This document shows positions 38,301 through 48,551 of a DNA stretch of 64,000 bases, one piece after another. The stretch is from Camelus ferus. Its lineage: Eukaryota. Numbering within the stretch: the first letter of the stretch is position 1; every line of letters begins with the position of its first letter. Below the pieces are notes generated by a model. That model made no database searches. It saw nothing but the letters and a program-made list of their open reading frames with translations, and was not told the DNA's origin. A program made the translations under genes and the position numbers. The DNA lies in NCBI RefSeq assembly GCF_009834535.1, contig NC_045696.1:89282001-89346000 (forward strand). The letters run 5' to 3'.

Positions 38301-41300
38301 AGGAAACCTAAATTTCATGTTCAGCTGTGACAGCTGCTTTACCAAGGGAGCCTGGGCCAACGCTTACTTTAACCTCTTGGGGGCATTTGAACAATACATG
38401 TAAAGTCAGCGCCCCCCGTAGGCCCACGTCAAAGGGGTAGTTGTGAAAATAAGGATGGAAACATATAAAGTGTGGGACAGAGACACACTGAGTAAGCTGG
38501 AACCCTGTAGAGTAAAGTAGCTGCCTTCTGTCCACAGGTGCACTGCTAGTGCTAACTGAACTCACATCCTTCAGGAGCAAATGGTCGGTGCCACACAGGG
38601 TAGAAGGGTTGCTTTTGGCCGTAGTGCTTTTGCAGAAAGATGTTTGGCGATCTGGGAGCCTGAAGTACAGATCAAAGGCGCCTCAAGCCTCTGTGGCCTT
38701 TTTTCCCCCTTGTGAGCACTGTGAAAGCTACTTCAGGGCTGTCACTTTGTAGTCAGAAGTGAAGATAATGCAGGCTGGCACGTGCCCTGCCTATAATCTG
38801 ACATTTCTTACTGTTGTTGCTGATGGATTTCAAAACCAAAACCTGTTTCCACCTTTAGGATATTTCCAAGTCTATAAAGCACTCCTCTAAGAAATTCATG
38901 AAAGTCGACAAGCCTCCTGTTTGCCTGAAGTTGTTGCAGAATGGGAAGAAGTACAGACTGATTAGTGAGCCGGAAGCCGAAATCACCCCAGAGGTAGAGC
39001 TCTTAAAACCACCTCAGAGGGGCAGCGGGGATGTGGATCTCTTAGCTGTGGTGTTTTGCAGATACTACAAATAATGTATTTTGTTCTCATTTTTTTATTT
39101 CCCACCTTCTAAGAAAGCAATTGTGTTTTTCTCATCTTGTAGCTTATTTCAAAGATCCTGTTGAATTTTAGGATGCTGCAGTCATTGGGAAAATAGACTC
39201 CCCAGTCTCTTTCCCTTTCAAAAGGTTTTCCATTTTCTTGAATTTTTAATTAAACTCTTCAAACAGTGTTAGCTTCAAAGGAATACAAACCTTAAGTTTA
39301 ATTTGAAGTCACACAGAGCATTAAAGGTTAATGGAAGGGAGTTGCTAACAAGGGATATTGGGCTTTTCTTACTGGAAGGCATTTGAAAAATAGAGGACAG
39401 ATTGTCATCAAATTTGTCTGTAAACACCATGACATTTGTAAAGTGACTTTGATTTCTCAGAAATGACTTGGTTATTTTGAAAACTTATTTTCACAGTGTG
39501 CTCTGAGCATATATGCCACAGCTTGTCGAGCCTGGACCTCTGTGTGCAAATTCCTTTGTATGCCTCCTTTTGTTTGTCTGTTTATTTTATAGTTTATGAA
39601 AAGCTGAAAACATGTTTTGATTCCATTAAGTTAAGATGGGAGGCAAGAGAGCTAATTGCAGTGGGGTCCATGTTGCATCATTTTATTGTATCATCAAGGC
39701 ACCCAGTGCCCTGTAGAAGCAATCACAAACCCTGATCAAGCTGTCGAGTTGATCAGACAGTCTTCTATTACCTTCCTTTCTGGTTTTAAAGGGTCTCTTC
39801 GCACCCTTTGAATTATTTAAGCCTTACAGCTACATGGCTGAGGAAACTGATGCAGGCGGGCAGTCTGCCCAGGCCACATACCCGGGCAGCGGCAAGTTCG
39901 GCCCAGAGCCCCAGCTGCCTTTGGCTTCTAAAGCCGCCGTCTTCCCACTGGGATCTGAGAGGTTAATTCTTGGCCCTCCCAAGCTGATCAAGCCCTGGCC
40001 GATGGTACAGCAAGACAATCACAAGAAGCAAACTGCAGCCTTGTCTGGGAAGTGGAATTAAATTAGAAGAGTTTGCTTAGAGCAGTGATTCTTGGCCTTT
40101 GCTGCAATGGAATCCCCTGGGGAGCTTTAAAAAAAAATTCTGTGGCCTGGGTCCCACCTCCAGGGACGCTGACTTAATTGGTCTGGGAAAGGCCTGGGCA
40201 TTGGGTTTGTTAAAGCTCCCAGGTGCCTGTAATGTGTTGCCAAGTTAAAGAACCACTAGGAGAGGGAATAATACCTATTGAATAGGTGAATCTGTCCAGG
40301 AAGAGACCAAGGTGGTCCCAGGAGTTCTTTTTCACAAAAGATGTTGATAGCTGGGGGACTTTAAATAATCTGTGTTTTACGACTCACTGTGTGCTCTCTC
40401 TCTCAACCAAATCTCTGGCCTATAAGATGGGAATAATCTCCCAGGTTTTCTGTAAAGATCATACAAAGTGATGGTTTGTGGGTACTCTGAAAATTTTTAA
40501 CACTCTGTGTAACTATAAGGTGTTCTTTTCAGTTTTATACCATTAATGATTTGTTTAACTGACATTGATCAGGAGTGCCTATTACAAGTCAGCCTGGGAT
40601 GAGAGCTAAGAGTTAAAAAAGAAGTAAGTCACAGGCTTTTTTTTTTCCCCGTGGGGGTACTGGGGATTAAACCCAGGACCTGGTGCGTGCTAAGCATATG
40701 CTCTACCACTGAGCTATCCCGCCGCCCCTAGTAAGTCACAGTCTTTTCCCTCAAAGATGCCAGTGTAGTGAGGGAAGTACTCCATTCATGCAAAGAAATA
40801 ATTTTAACGTAATGTGGTATTACTATAGAGATGGGCAGGAGGTACAGTGGGCTTTTCCAGGGAGGCTTTTCACATGGGGGAAGTTTGCCTGGGTTTGCAG
40901 ATGCCTGAGAGGTGACAGGAATGTGCGGCTGGGCTGGAGGCCCCCGGGAGGCTTTGGGGAATGGGAACGTGGAGGACTTTGGGAGGACTGGGGCCAGGGG
41001 AAGGAGTTGTCTCAGCATTATGGACCCTAGTGTGTGACCCCTGGAAGGTTGTGAGGATAATGCTAGTGACTTGGAGCAGAAAGAGAGGGGGGCAGGTTAA
41101 GACCACCGGTTTGGGGGGTGATGCCCAGTGCAGTTCAGTGTTATTTATTAAGAATGTACTTCTCAGCCAGGCTTGCTAGCCAGTCTGGAGAGGAGCAGAG
41201 GAGGTGGGAGGAGGAGGCAGTCCATGTAGAGGTTAAGAGCTCACACTCTGGAGTCAAAAGATGTGGATTCAAATTCTGGTTTCATCACTTCCTGCATGTG

Positions 41301-44300
41301 GACTTGGGCAAGTTCATTTGCTTCTCTGGGATTCTTTATCCATGAAATAGTCATAAAAGGATTTGTCCAATGAGGAACTATGGGTAAAACCCTCCACATA
41401 GTTCTGTGAATGTTGAGTCAGTCGCAGATTGGAGCATGCTCCAAGGAGAGGATGGTGAGGAGTTTAAAAGCACCTGGGAAAGGGTGGCTGATGGGTGAGC
41501 CCACGTTCCATCTGAAGAATCAGGAAAGGGCTGACAGATGGGGCCAAGGGACTAGAAAGGAAGCTTCAGTAAGGTAGAAATGCAGTTTGGAGTAAGAGTG
41601 GGAAGGTCTAGAAGGAAGAGAGTAAGAGGACAAGTGATTGAGTGGTGGGATTTCCAAGGTCACGATTTCAGTGGGGTGGTCCAGCAAGCACTAACCCTTT
41701 TAATGGTCATTATTCTTTATCTGACATTTTATGTTGTTCATTAGTGCAACTTTTAAATGTAAGAATGTCACTTTTTTTTTTTTAAAGGAAATTGAATTTG
41801 TGGATGGTTCACTTTTAAAATTGAAAAGTTATATTGAAGTGTATTTGGAGCAACCGGTGGAGTTTAAGTTACTTTTGGTGGAGATGGATTCCGAGGAAAT
41901 TGTATGGAAAGCAAAACTGAGAGAGTGTGAGTGTTTCATGTTTTGCATCTTGAGTTAAAACTCTGGTTTGGTGGGGTTGGGGCGGGGCGGGGCGGGGCGG
42001 GGTGGGGAGGTGGGCAGGCAGACGGGGCAGTCGTCCATCCCATCACTGGGACGTGACAAACTTCGATTAAAAGAAACGAAGGCCCCAGCCACTGGGACAA
42101 AAGTGCCGGCTCGGGTTCTCAGGCCCTCACCGTCCAAGTCCCCAGAGAGCGGGTGCCTAGAGCCCATATTTGCTCTCACGTCTTTCTCCTCCAGATGCGA
42201 CACCCAGTCAGATCGGTTTGGATTTCTGTCCTAGTCCAAGAAGGAAGCTTTTCTATGGGTGTGATTCTTATTGTCAGTATTAGACCCTTAAATTAGCCTT
42301 TCATCCAAACTACAGTTACTTAGCCGGGAAGAGTCCTAGGCGGGACTCTGCATTGGGGGTTGTATTATTTTTCTCTTGGTATTCATTAATTTGTCAAACA
42401 AGTGAACCTGAAAGATGTTACTTTTTAATCACAGCAAATGCCACAGTAATGAAGGTATTTAACATGTCGCCACCCGAACAACTGATGTTCTTCTAGACTG
42501 AGTCTCTCTCGGGGTAGTTTTAGAGACCACTTTATAAGGCCTCTTTGTAACCTTGTGTAATCACAGTCTGCATGCTAAGGTGGCCCTGGTCTGCATTATC
42601 TGGGGGCTCTATCCTACTGGTTAGCAGCACCTGCTCATCACTTTTCAGGCGCCTTCACTCCAGAGACCTATCAAAGGCCTCCTGAGACGTCGGCACGTCA
42701 GAACGGGGGCTGAATTTCACACACGGCAGGTGCTGTCCAGTCAGAATGAAGTATCCAGAAAGAATTCCCAAAGTACAGGGTTTTCCAAACTACAGAAGGC
42801 TAATATATATGTATGAGATTCTTTTACGTGGAGAAAAATAAACTTAAAATGTTTATTTTTACGGCTTCCTTGTCCACCTGGCACACAATGCCAGTGTTCT
42901 GATCGCAGTAGTTCTAGATTTGAAGAAATGCAGAAGAAATGACATTTCACCTGGCATGTGGGTAGGGCACGTATCATGACGGTGGTTTGCAGATGACTGA
43001 GGTTTGGGAAACACTTGTCTCACAAGACATGTTGGAAGGAGTCCTTGTGATTTATCTCAAGAGTCCAAGCCCAGTGCATTTGCGTACGTACCAAGTTAAA
43101 ACTCCACACTCATATTTGAACTTTAGGGAGATTGCCAAGACCCTAGGGCTTCCGTGTTTTCACAAATCGATTGCTTTAATTCAAATTTCATACCACTTTT
43201 TCCAGTTGATGCTTATGGTACTTTCACAGGTGACTGGATTCAGCAAGATCGGAATCGGAACATTTCGAAAAGCAGCACAAGTGGTGAGTGCTCATAACTG
43301 GACATTAAACTTCTGTTCTTTCCATCCACTAGAATTTTAATTTTGCTGTGCAAATACGGTAACATCAAGGATCTGTTAAGTGTTCCATAACTCTTAAATA
43401 GTCTAAACACCTCTGAATCCATTTTCAATTGGTTTCTATTTGTATGATGATTTTTTTAAATCCATTTTGAAGATGGGTGGATACTAACAACCATAAGGGA
43501 AAGCCAATTTGTTGCTGTTGTTTTTTAAAGGTAACAGGCGTCGAAAAATGAGTAGCAGCTTACCTGATGAAGTGGTCTATGATAAAAGAATGAAGCAGAT
43601 TGACACTTCAGGTTTGTAAAAATGTCATCAGTGGCTCTAAATCATTTTCCCTGGTCTCCCGCCTTGACATTCATCCAGCACATGTGCTTCTCGGGTCAGT
43701 CTTCCTGGAACACATCCCAGATGTGCCTCCCAGATACCTTCTCCCTGTGTCCCAGCTTCTCAGGCCTGGGTAAGGGTCCCCTTTGGTCTGCCCCAGCCTA
43801 CTTTTCCAGCTTGACTGCCCGCTCCTCCCCTTCACTCAGTGGGATGAGAACGGGAGGAGGGGAAGCTCCTGCAGCCCCTAGGGGCAGGACCACGGCCTGG
43901 CCATCTGTGCATTTCCCATAGCACTGAGCGTGCAGCCTTTTATGCAGAAGATAATGAATGTGCATGTGTGCAGTCACCGGTTTCACAGTTATTAGCTACA
44001 TTTAGGGGAGGGAGCCGCCAGCTCAATTATTGGAGACTAGAGTCAACCTAATTTTTTCCAATTAAATGGCAGAGACCAAAGCTCGATAGTTGTGAAAATA
44101 CAATAGAGATTTAGACACGTAACAATGGTGCTCTGAGGAGCCAGAAGATGGAGTATGTGCCTCAGAATTCAAGTCCAGAACTCACAAATTTGAGTTTTAA
44201 AAACCCAAACTCAAATTATATGAGACAAGGTCTCAAGGCTTTGGGAGCCTCATGTAACTCCCCAGATTAAATCTTTTCAACAAAATACCCTTTATTTTAC

Positions 44301-47300
44301 TATTGTAAGAAAGTGTGAATCTCTAAAAGCAGATAAACTCTCTCTATAGACTGAAATAAGATCTTTCACTTCCTAGAGCAGGCGGTGGTGAGGATGACAC
44401 GTGTCTGATTTTACTGCGTGTCACTAGAGACTTTTTTTTTAATTTTTATTAAGTGAACATCAGAATAAGTGAGGCTCTGGAATTATTTTGCCTTAACTTA
44501 ACTTACTTAACAGTTATTTTAACTTAACCAATTTACTTAACCAAATTGGGATATAATATTTTTCCAGTTTTATTGAGATATAATTGACAAATAAAATTGT
44601 ATAGATTTAAAGTATAAAGGTGATGTTTTGATGTATGTATACATCGTGAAATATTTACCAATCAAGTTAATTAGCACATCTACCACCTCACATAGTCACC
44701 TTTTTTTTTTGGTGGTAGTGAGAATGCATAAAACCTACTCTCTGAGCAAGTTTCAAGTATGCAATACAGTATTATTAACTAGAGTCACTGTGCTATAGAT
44801 TAGATCTTCAGGACTTACTCATTTATAACTGAATGGGACACAATTTTGTATTAAATTGATACATAGGAAAAGTTTTCTTTTCTTGAAATTATTTGGCTGT
44901 TTTGAAATTAGCTCCAATAACAAGTAGCTAGAAATAGAATTCAAATGATCAGATGCTACCTAGAAAGATTAAGGATTTCTAACCACTTTAGAGTTGACAA
45001 TATGATGTCAAATAAATTAATAAAGATTTACTTTTGTTTAGGCATTTCTGCAACATGTTTTGAGCTGTTGAGTCTCTATCTTGGTGTATCAGGCTCAGCA
45101 TATCACCATGTTGCTTTTTAAAATATGGTCAGCTCTCTTGGGAAGGGTGTAGCTCAGTGGTGGGGAGGGTGTAGCTCAATGGTAGAGTGCGTGCCTAGCA
45201 TACACAAGGTCCTGGGTTCAATCCTCAGTACGTCTATTAAAATAAATAAATAAATAGTAAAATAAAAACCTAATTACCTCCCCCTTACAAAAAAAAATTT
45301 CCCCTCAAAAAAATAAAATAATATTCAATATCTTGTAATAATCTTTAATGAAAAAGAATATGCAGATGAATATATGTATGTATATGCATGACTGGGACAT
45401 TATGCTGTACACCAGAAGTCAACACATTGTAACTGACCATACTTCAATTAAAAATATTAAAAAGTAAAAAATTTGAAAAATATGGTCAACTCTCAACCTT
45501 AACAGAATCACTTTGAGATCTTGTTAAGTTTAGGTTAAGAGTCTGATGTGGTAGTTTCGGGGACAGCCCAAGGACTGGCCTTGTTAATAGACTCCCTGGG
45601 GAGTTTTCCTGGCAGCAGGCCGAGAGGTGCACTCGTCTAGGCACCGGGAAACCTCTAGAGGGCAGGGGCACCCCTTTAGAACCCATCCTCCAGTCTAGAA
45701 GGCTGGAGAGGAAACTGTGAAGTGGGTTAGGGTCTAATATGTATGTTTGGTTTACATGAATAGACTGTTGGCTGTAGATGAGCGAAAGTGTTGTGGTCAT
45801 GGGAGAGGGGCAGAAGGGACTCTTCCCTCTCTCTGCCTTCCACTGTCACCTCCAAGTGTTTGTAAGACCTTGAGGATCCTTAAAGGAGACTCAGCAGCCA
45901 GTGAGCTTTGCTTCACCATAGCACAAACCAGCTAAAACACGTGAACGTAGAAAATCTGTCTTACCGACAGGGCTAATATTTTTATGGAGCCAATAGTTTG
46001 CACTGGCAAACGTATATCCTTCCAAGATTATGACCCTGTTTCTTAGCAACAGATAGTACAGATACCCTCCTGTGACTTTTCTGTGGATTGTGCTTTTCCC
46101 CCCAATGCCAGGAGATGGCAGAACGGAGACTACAGGTCATCTCCCTTCCTGCCTCTTTAGTGACCACTTAAAGGTAGCATTTTGTATGTGGCTTTAACAC
46201 TTAAAGACACAGAGGTGGGCAAGGGTAACAGCTGTATATTTTTCTTTTTGAGCCACATAAATTATTTTCGGTGTCTTGATTTTTTTTTTTAACTCCAACC
46301 TAATCTGTGCTGCTTTGTAAAACAATTTCATTCCCTGAATTATTGAATTATCATTGTGAGCAAGCACTGTGCCCCAGTTTCATGTTATAGGAAATTGTTC
46401 CCTTCTGTCTTTAAAAATAGTTTGGAAAGCAAGAATTTTTTTGTCACTTAAATATATCTTAAAAGCAGTTATTAAATTTTCAAATTGTGGTTTCTTTTTT
46501 TATATAAAGAGAATGTATTTTCATTGTGAATTCTTCATCTGCTTTTAGATGGGGCAAAGACTAAAGCCTTGTTAACAGACACTCAGCTGATAAGCCTTGC
46601 TGAGAAGCTGGGGCAGGAGTGGGTAAAAATCGCCATTGCCAACCTGAAGTTGAAAATTAGCGATATTGATGCTATCATGGAGAAGAAAGAAGACGTTACA
46701 ATGAATAAGTTTCGGATGCTGAAGAAGTGGCAAGAAAAGGAGCAGAGTAACGCCACAGCTCAGAATTTATGTAACTGCTTGAAAAATGTCGATTCGGTTG
46801 AGGTCCAAGATGTGCTGAGAGGTAAGCAGGAAATTATCTTTAATTAGCCACTTTCTTGGAATCTAGCTATGTCTTTGCAAATAGCATATTTCTACCATAG
46901 AATGTGTTGCTTGCTTATTTATAAGCTTGGGTCCACATAATTCTGCAAATGCAGCAGTAAGCACGTGGGTGACCATAATCTTACTAAAGGTGGTTTGTGC
47001 ATGGAGTCAGGGAGCGTTTAAATCTCATCTCAAGTGCTGGCTAGGTTTGTGACTAAGCAAATTCTTTTTTTTTAATTGAAGAGAAGTTAATGTACAAAAT
47101 TATATAAGTTACAGGTGCACAATATAGTGATTCACAATTTTTACAGGCTATGCTCCATTTATAGTTATAAAGTCTTGGCTATTTTCCCTGTGTTGTACAA
47201 TATATCCATGACTAAGCAAATTCTTTACCTAACTTTAAGCCTCTATGTGCCTATCTGTGAAATGGATGTAAAACCCTCACTGCCCTGTTGTGAGACTGAA

Positions 47301-48551
47301 AAGAGGTAATGCAGGTAAAGTTCCAGGCAGGTAGTGAGACGCAGCAAGGGGTAGATAATGTCCCTAATGGAGACCTAGCCGGTCGCATTGGGCCGTCTGT
47401 GGTGCTGAAGCAATGCTCGGGGAGGCCACAGGGTGGCACTAGTGAACCTTCAGTAGCCAAGAAGGAAAGGGGAAGAGCAGAGCCCCAGAGAGGGCTAGAC
47501 GGAGTTGTTTCTGGTCTCGATCCAGAAAACCGCACGGTTCCTTCCTTTGTTTTTAAGCACTTCTTTTTTTGTGTGGCTTGACTTAGCACATTGTTATACC
47601 CGTGGTCAAACCAATTCACAACTTTGATTATTGTATATTGTTATCACGATTAACAAATGTGGTGTTACTTCTCAGAAGTCTCGGCAAGTCAGAGAGATTT
47701 TTATTTGGAATTCTATTCAGACTTTTTATTCCTTAAAGCACGCAAAAGTGTGTCTGTGCCCTAAAAGGTTATACAAAAAGTACAAGCGTGCGCTGACCTC
47801 TCAGGAGGCTGTCCAGCGTGGTGGGCGAGCTTTCTGAACTCCTACACCAGAGTTTGGGTGCAGAAGCTGCAAGCAAATAGAATAGCCAGTTTCAATATCA
47901 AATTTTTTTTATTCTCTTTCTTAGATGTGTTGAAATTATGTAAATCACTGAGGCCCACATTTGGAAATCTACTGATTTACACACAGGCACATCTGCCTTT
48001 TGACAGCAATGGCTGCTGTGCTGTGATAAAGAATTATCACAGCCTTGTCCGTCAGAGGAAGGCTTGGAGCTCTGACTCCCTCCCAAACCCTGTAGAATGT
48101 ATTGTTATTGTTTTGTTTTGTTTTTATCTGCTCCTGACCTCACCAGACACTTGACATGAAACTGTAAAAGGATTTGCGACTTTGTTTTTAACAGTAAAAA
48201 GGATCATAAAAGTTTAGTATCCCCTAATTAAATAGGAAAAAAAATCTTCTTAGTTAAAAACAAACAAACAAACACCAAAATTTACCAGTGTTTGATGCCC
48301 TCATGTAGCCGAAATATCTGGTTAATTGGCTGAATTTTGTACTTTTATCGGGATGTTTCAGTGTCTTGTAACCACAGCCTTTGAAAACCGCATAGGTATC
48401 TTCAGCTCAGGAAAACCCGGCCACTTCTAGGAGTTCCTTTTTGAAATGGATGAGTAGTTTTCTTTAAAAGCATGAACCTCACCCCCCACCCCCAACAAAG
48501 AATCCCTGAATTTGTTTCTCTGTTTTGTTAGGTTTCTTGCAGGAAACGTGA
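16504..48551 (+). CDS. Unnamed 19-coding-exon gene, predicted 535 aa: acidic disordered N-terminus, CxxC, FIIND (ZU5-UPA, NLRP1/CARD8 type), linker, death domain
   Basis: join(16504..16535,26105..26136,27074..27115,28466..28510,31623..31664,31997..32026,32743..32766,35174..35218,35589..35636,35791..35837,35933..35982,36257..36474,36590..36840,38859..38993,41788..41926,43230..43283,43531..43611,46549..46821,48532..48551). All introns are GT-AG, phases match at every junction, total 1608 nt with one stop (TGA 48549-48551). FIIND and DD motifs recognised by eye. The core (35791-48551) is firm; the first exon and some micro-exons are less certain. Confidence 0.85.
22626..23120. mobile_element. 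Probable ERV1-type solo LTR in intron 1 of FIIND-DD gene
   Basis: TG...CA ends; ttaaattgat..gagacagattaat..aggagaaaa...ggttgttatgcagatt...tcagacacccttacaaatggagatttcc. Confidence 0.55.
24620..25540. mobile_element. L2 LINE remnant
   Basis: gatgacttggaggttctagtctggtgacctgg..., aggagcaggtttg..., G/A-rich plus strand typical of L2. Confidence 0.55.
25540..25910 (+). promoter_or_regulatory. Small intragenic CpG-rich segment, candidate alternative first exon
   Basis: CpG-rich; ATG 25712 is open to donor TG|GTAAGT at 25905/25906 in the phase required by exon 26105. Confidence 0.4.
26105..26136 (+). CDS. FIIND-DD gene exon 2 (DDHSASSEEK)
   Basis: Acceptor ttttctgttcttgttctag, donor G|GTATGG, phase 2->1. 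Confidence 0.7.
27074..27115 (+). CDS. FIIND-DD gene micro-exon 3 (DQPDSKTSAESLTF)
   Basis: Acceptor tgtttcag, donor A|GTGAGT, 42 nt, phase 1-1. Confidence 0.7.
28466..28510 (+). CDS. FIIND-DD gene micro-exon 4 (NCPSPNLDTSEDSKS)
   Basis: Pyrimidine tract + tttag, donor CAG|GTAAGG, 45 nt, phase 1-1. Confidence 0.75.
29045..29372 (+). mobile_element. L1 ORF2 C-terminal fragment
   Basis: RFSREDVQMAKKHMKDA...aggaaatgcaaaccaaaaccaca...aagtgctgacaaggatgtggagaa. Confidence 0.85.
29898..30085. mobile_element. MER5-like DNA transposon
   Basis: Inverted ends caggggttctcaaccctggctg ... cagccaaggttgagaacactg. Confidence 0.8.
30745..31350 (-). mobile_element. L2 LINE remnant
   Basis: Minus strand acccactgcaatcaggcttctgttcccac... 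and tcctggttctcctcctgcctc resemble the L2 ORF2 consensus. Confidence 0.55.
31623..31664 (+). CDS. FIIND-DD gene micro-exon 5 (GEDSCSESSSESES)
   Basis: Acceptor ctcttttttag, donor CAG|GTGAGT, 42 nt, phase 1-1. Confidence 0.8.
31997..32026 (+). CDS. FIIND-DD gene micro-exon 6 (DNEEPKPKQT)
   Basis: Poly-T tract + gtag, donor A|GTGAGT, 30 nt, phase 1-1. Confidence 0.75.
32743..32766 (+). CDS. FIIND-DD gene micro-exon 7 (ISQWGTRE)
   Basis: Acceptor ttctctgcag, donor AAG|GTAATT, 24 nt, phase 1-1. Confidence 0.6.
35174..35218 (+). CDS. FIIND-DD gene micro-exon 8 (DGELGESSTEEASTQ)
   Basis: Acceptor cttcttgtcttcatag, donor G|GTAAGA, 45 nt, phase 1-1. Confidence 0.8.
35589..35636 (+). CDS. FIIND-DD gene micro-exon 9 (VEEWEDKGLPTNHFNS)
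   Basis: Acceptor tctttcacag, donor CAG|GTATGA, 48 nt, phase 1-1. Confidence 0.8.
35791..35837 (+). CDS. FIIND-DD gene exon 10 (EFNKIQSHCEHCKAEN), contains CxxC
   Basis: Acceptor tttttctctgtcatttag, donor |GTAAGT, phase 1->0. Confidence 0.85.
35933..35982 (+). CDS. FIIND-DD gene exon 11 (KHNEPVTPRLLSRGQF), start of ZU5
   Basis: Acceptor ctttttctccag, donor |GTAAGT, phase 0->2. Confidence 0.85.
36257..36474 (+). CDS. FIIND-DD gene exon 12, ZU5 subdomain
   Basis: GIYQCTETGLIFEV...W...PWVVGGPLFDVKCDPTCLTSIQFPHSLCL matches the FIIND pattern (NLRP1, recalled: GSYRWPNTGLCFV...WMVAGPLLDIKAEP...VHLPH); cag acceptor, GTAAGT donor; lies in ORF 36192..36485. Confidence 0.93.
36590..36840 (+). CDS. 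FIIND-DD gene exon 13, ZU5/UPA junction with predicted autoproteolysis site SSL|SPVG
   Basis: FKVLHVKSTGASLEYTVDHSATHVKWRVSSLSPVGP...AVILYK...SFRVYIATNNESFIK aligns without gaps to recalled NLRP1 FQMAHFKEEGMLLE...HIVLENPSFSPLGV; cag acceptor, AAG|GTAAAG donor. Confidence 0.93.
38859..38993 (+). CDS. FIIND-DD gene exon 14, UPA subdomain
   Basis: DISKSIKHSSKKFMKVDKPPVCLKLLQNGKKYRLISEPEAEITPE carries the FxxIxKPP..L..G.xY.......EIxP pattern of FIIND UPA; 135 nt, phase 0-0. Confidence 0.9.
40080..40260. mobile_element. MER5-like DNA transposon
   Basis: agcagtgattcttggcc...gaatcccctggggagctttaaaa...gccaagttaaagaaccact. Confidence 0.75.
40636..40728 (-). mobile_element. Short vic-1-like SINE with target-site duplication
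   Basis: gggtactggggattaaacccaggacc...ctaccactgagctatccc flanked by agtaagtcacag on both sides. Confidence 0.85.
41788..41926 (+). CDS. FIIND-DD gene exon 15, end of UPA
   Basis: EIEFVDGSLLKLKSYIEVYLEQPVEFKLLLVEMDSEEIVWKAKLRE ends in the VWxAxL motif of FIIND; poly-T acceptor, GTGAGT donor. Confidence 0.92.
43230..43283 (+). CDS. FIIND-DD gene exon 16 (CDWIQQDRNRNISKSSTS)
   Basis: Acceptor ctttcacag, donor G|GTGAGT, 54 nt, phase 1-1. Confidence 0.8.
43531..43611 (+). CDS. FIIND-DD gene exon 17, basic linker (GNRRRKMSSSLPDEVVYDKRMKQIDTS)
   Basis: Acceptor ttgttttttaaag, donor CAG|GTTTGT, 81 nt, phase 1-1. Confidence 0.75.
44560..44835 (-). mobile_element. L1MA-type 3' end
   Basis: agttttattgagatataattgacaaataaaattgta...acctcacatagtcacc...attaactagagtcac. 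Confidence 0.85.
45140..45476 (+). mobile_element. vic-1-like SINE plus L1 3' tail inside one target-site duplication
   Basis: SINE 45140-~45300, L1-like tail ~45320-45476; TSD aaaatatggtca(g/a)ctctc at 45120-45137 and 45477-45494. Confidence 0.8.
46549..46821 (+). CDS. FIIND-DD gene exon 18, death domain
   Basis: LTDTQLISLAEKLGQEWVKIAIANLKLKISDIDAI...FRMLKKWQEKEQSNATAQNLCNCLK shows death-domain hallmarks (LAxxLGxEW, DIxxI, MLxxW, ATxxxL); cttttag acceptor, G|GTAAGC donor. Confidence 0.92.
47066..47208 (-). mobile_element. Short L1 3'-end insertion with TSD
   Basis: tttaattgaag...ggctattttccctgtgttgtacaatatatcc flanked by tgactaagcaaattcttt on both sides. Confidence 0.8.
48532..48551 (+). 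CDS. FIIND-DD gene last coding exon (GFLQET*)
   Basis: Acceptor tttgtttctctgttttgttag; phase 1 completes the last DD helix, then TGA. Confidence 0.75.

Noticed and set aside
36257..46821. Calling the gene NLRP1, CARD8 or PIDD1
   Set aside because: No NACHT, PYD or CARD; a single FIIND-type ZU5 rather than the LRR array and two ZU5 of PIDD1; those genes are not IL12A neighbours as far as I recall, so no symbol was assigned
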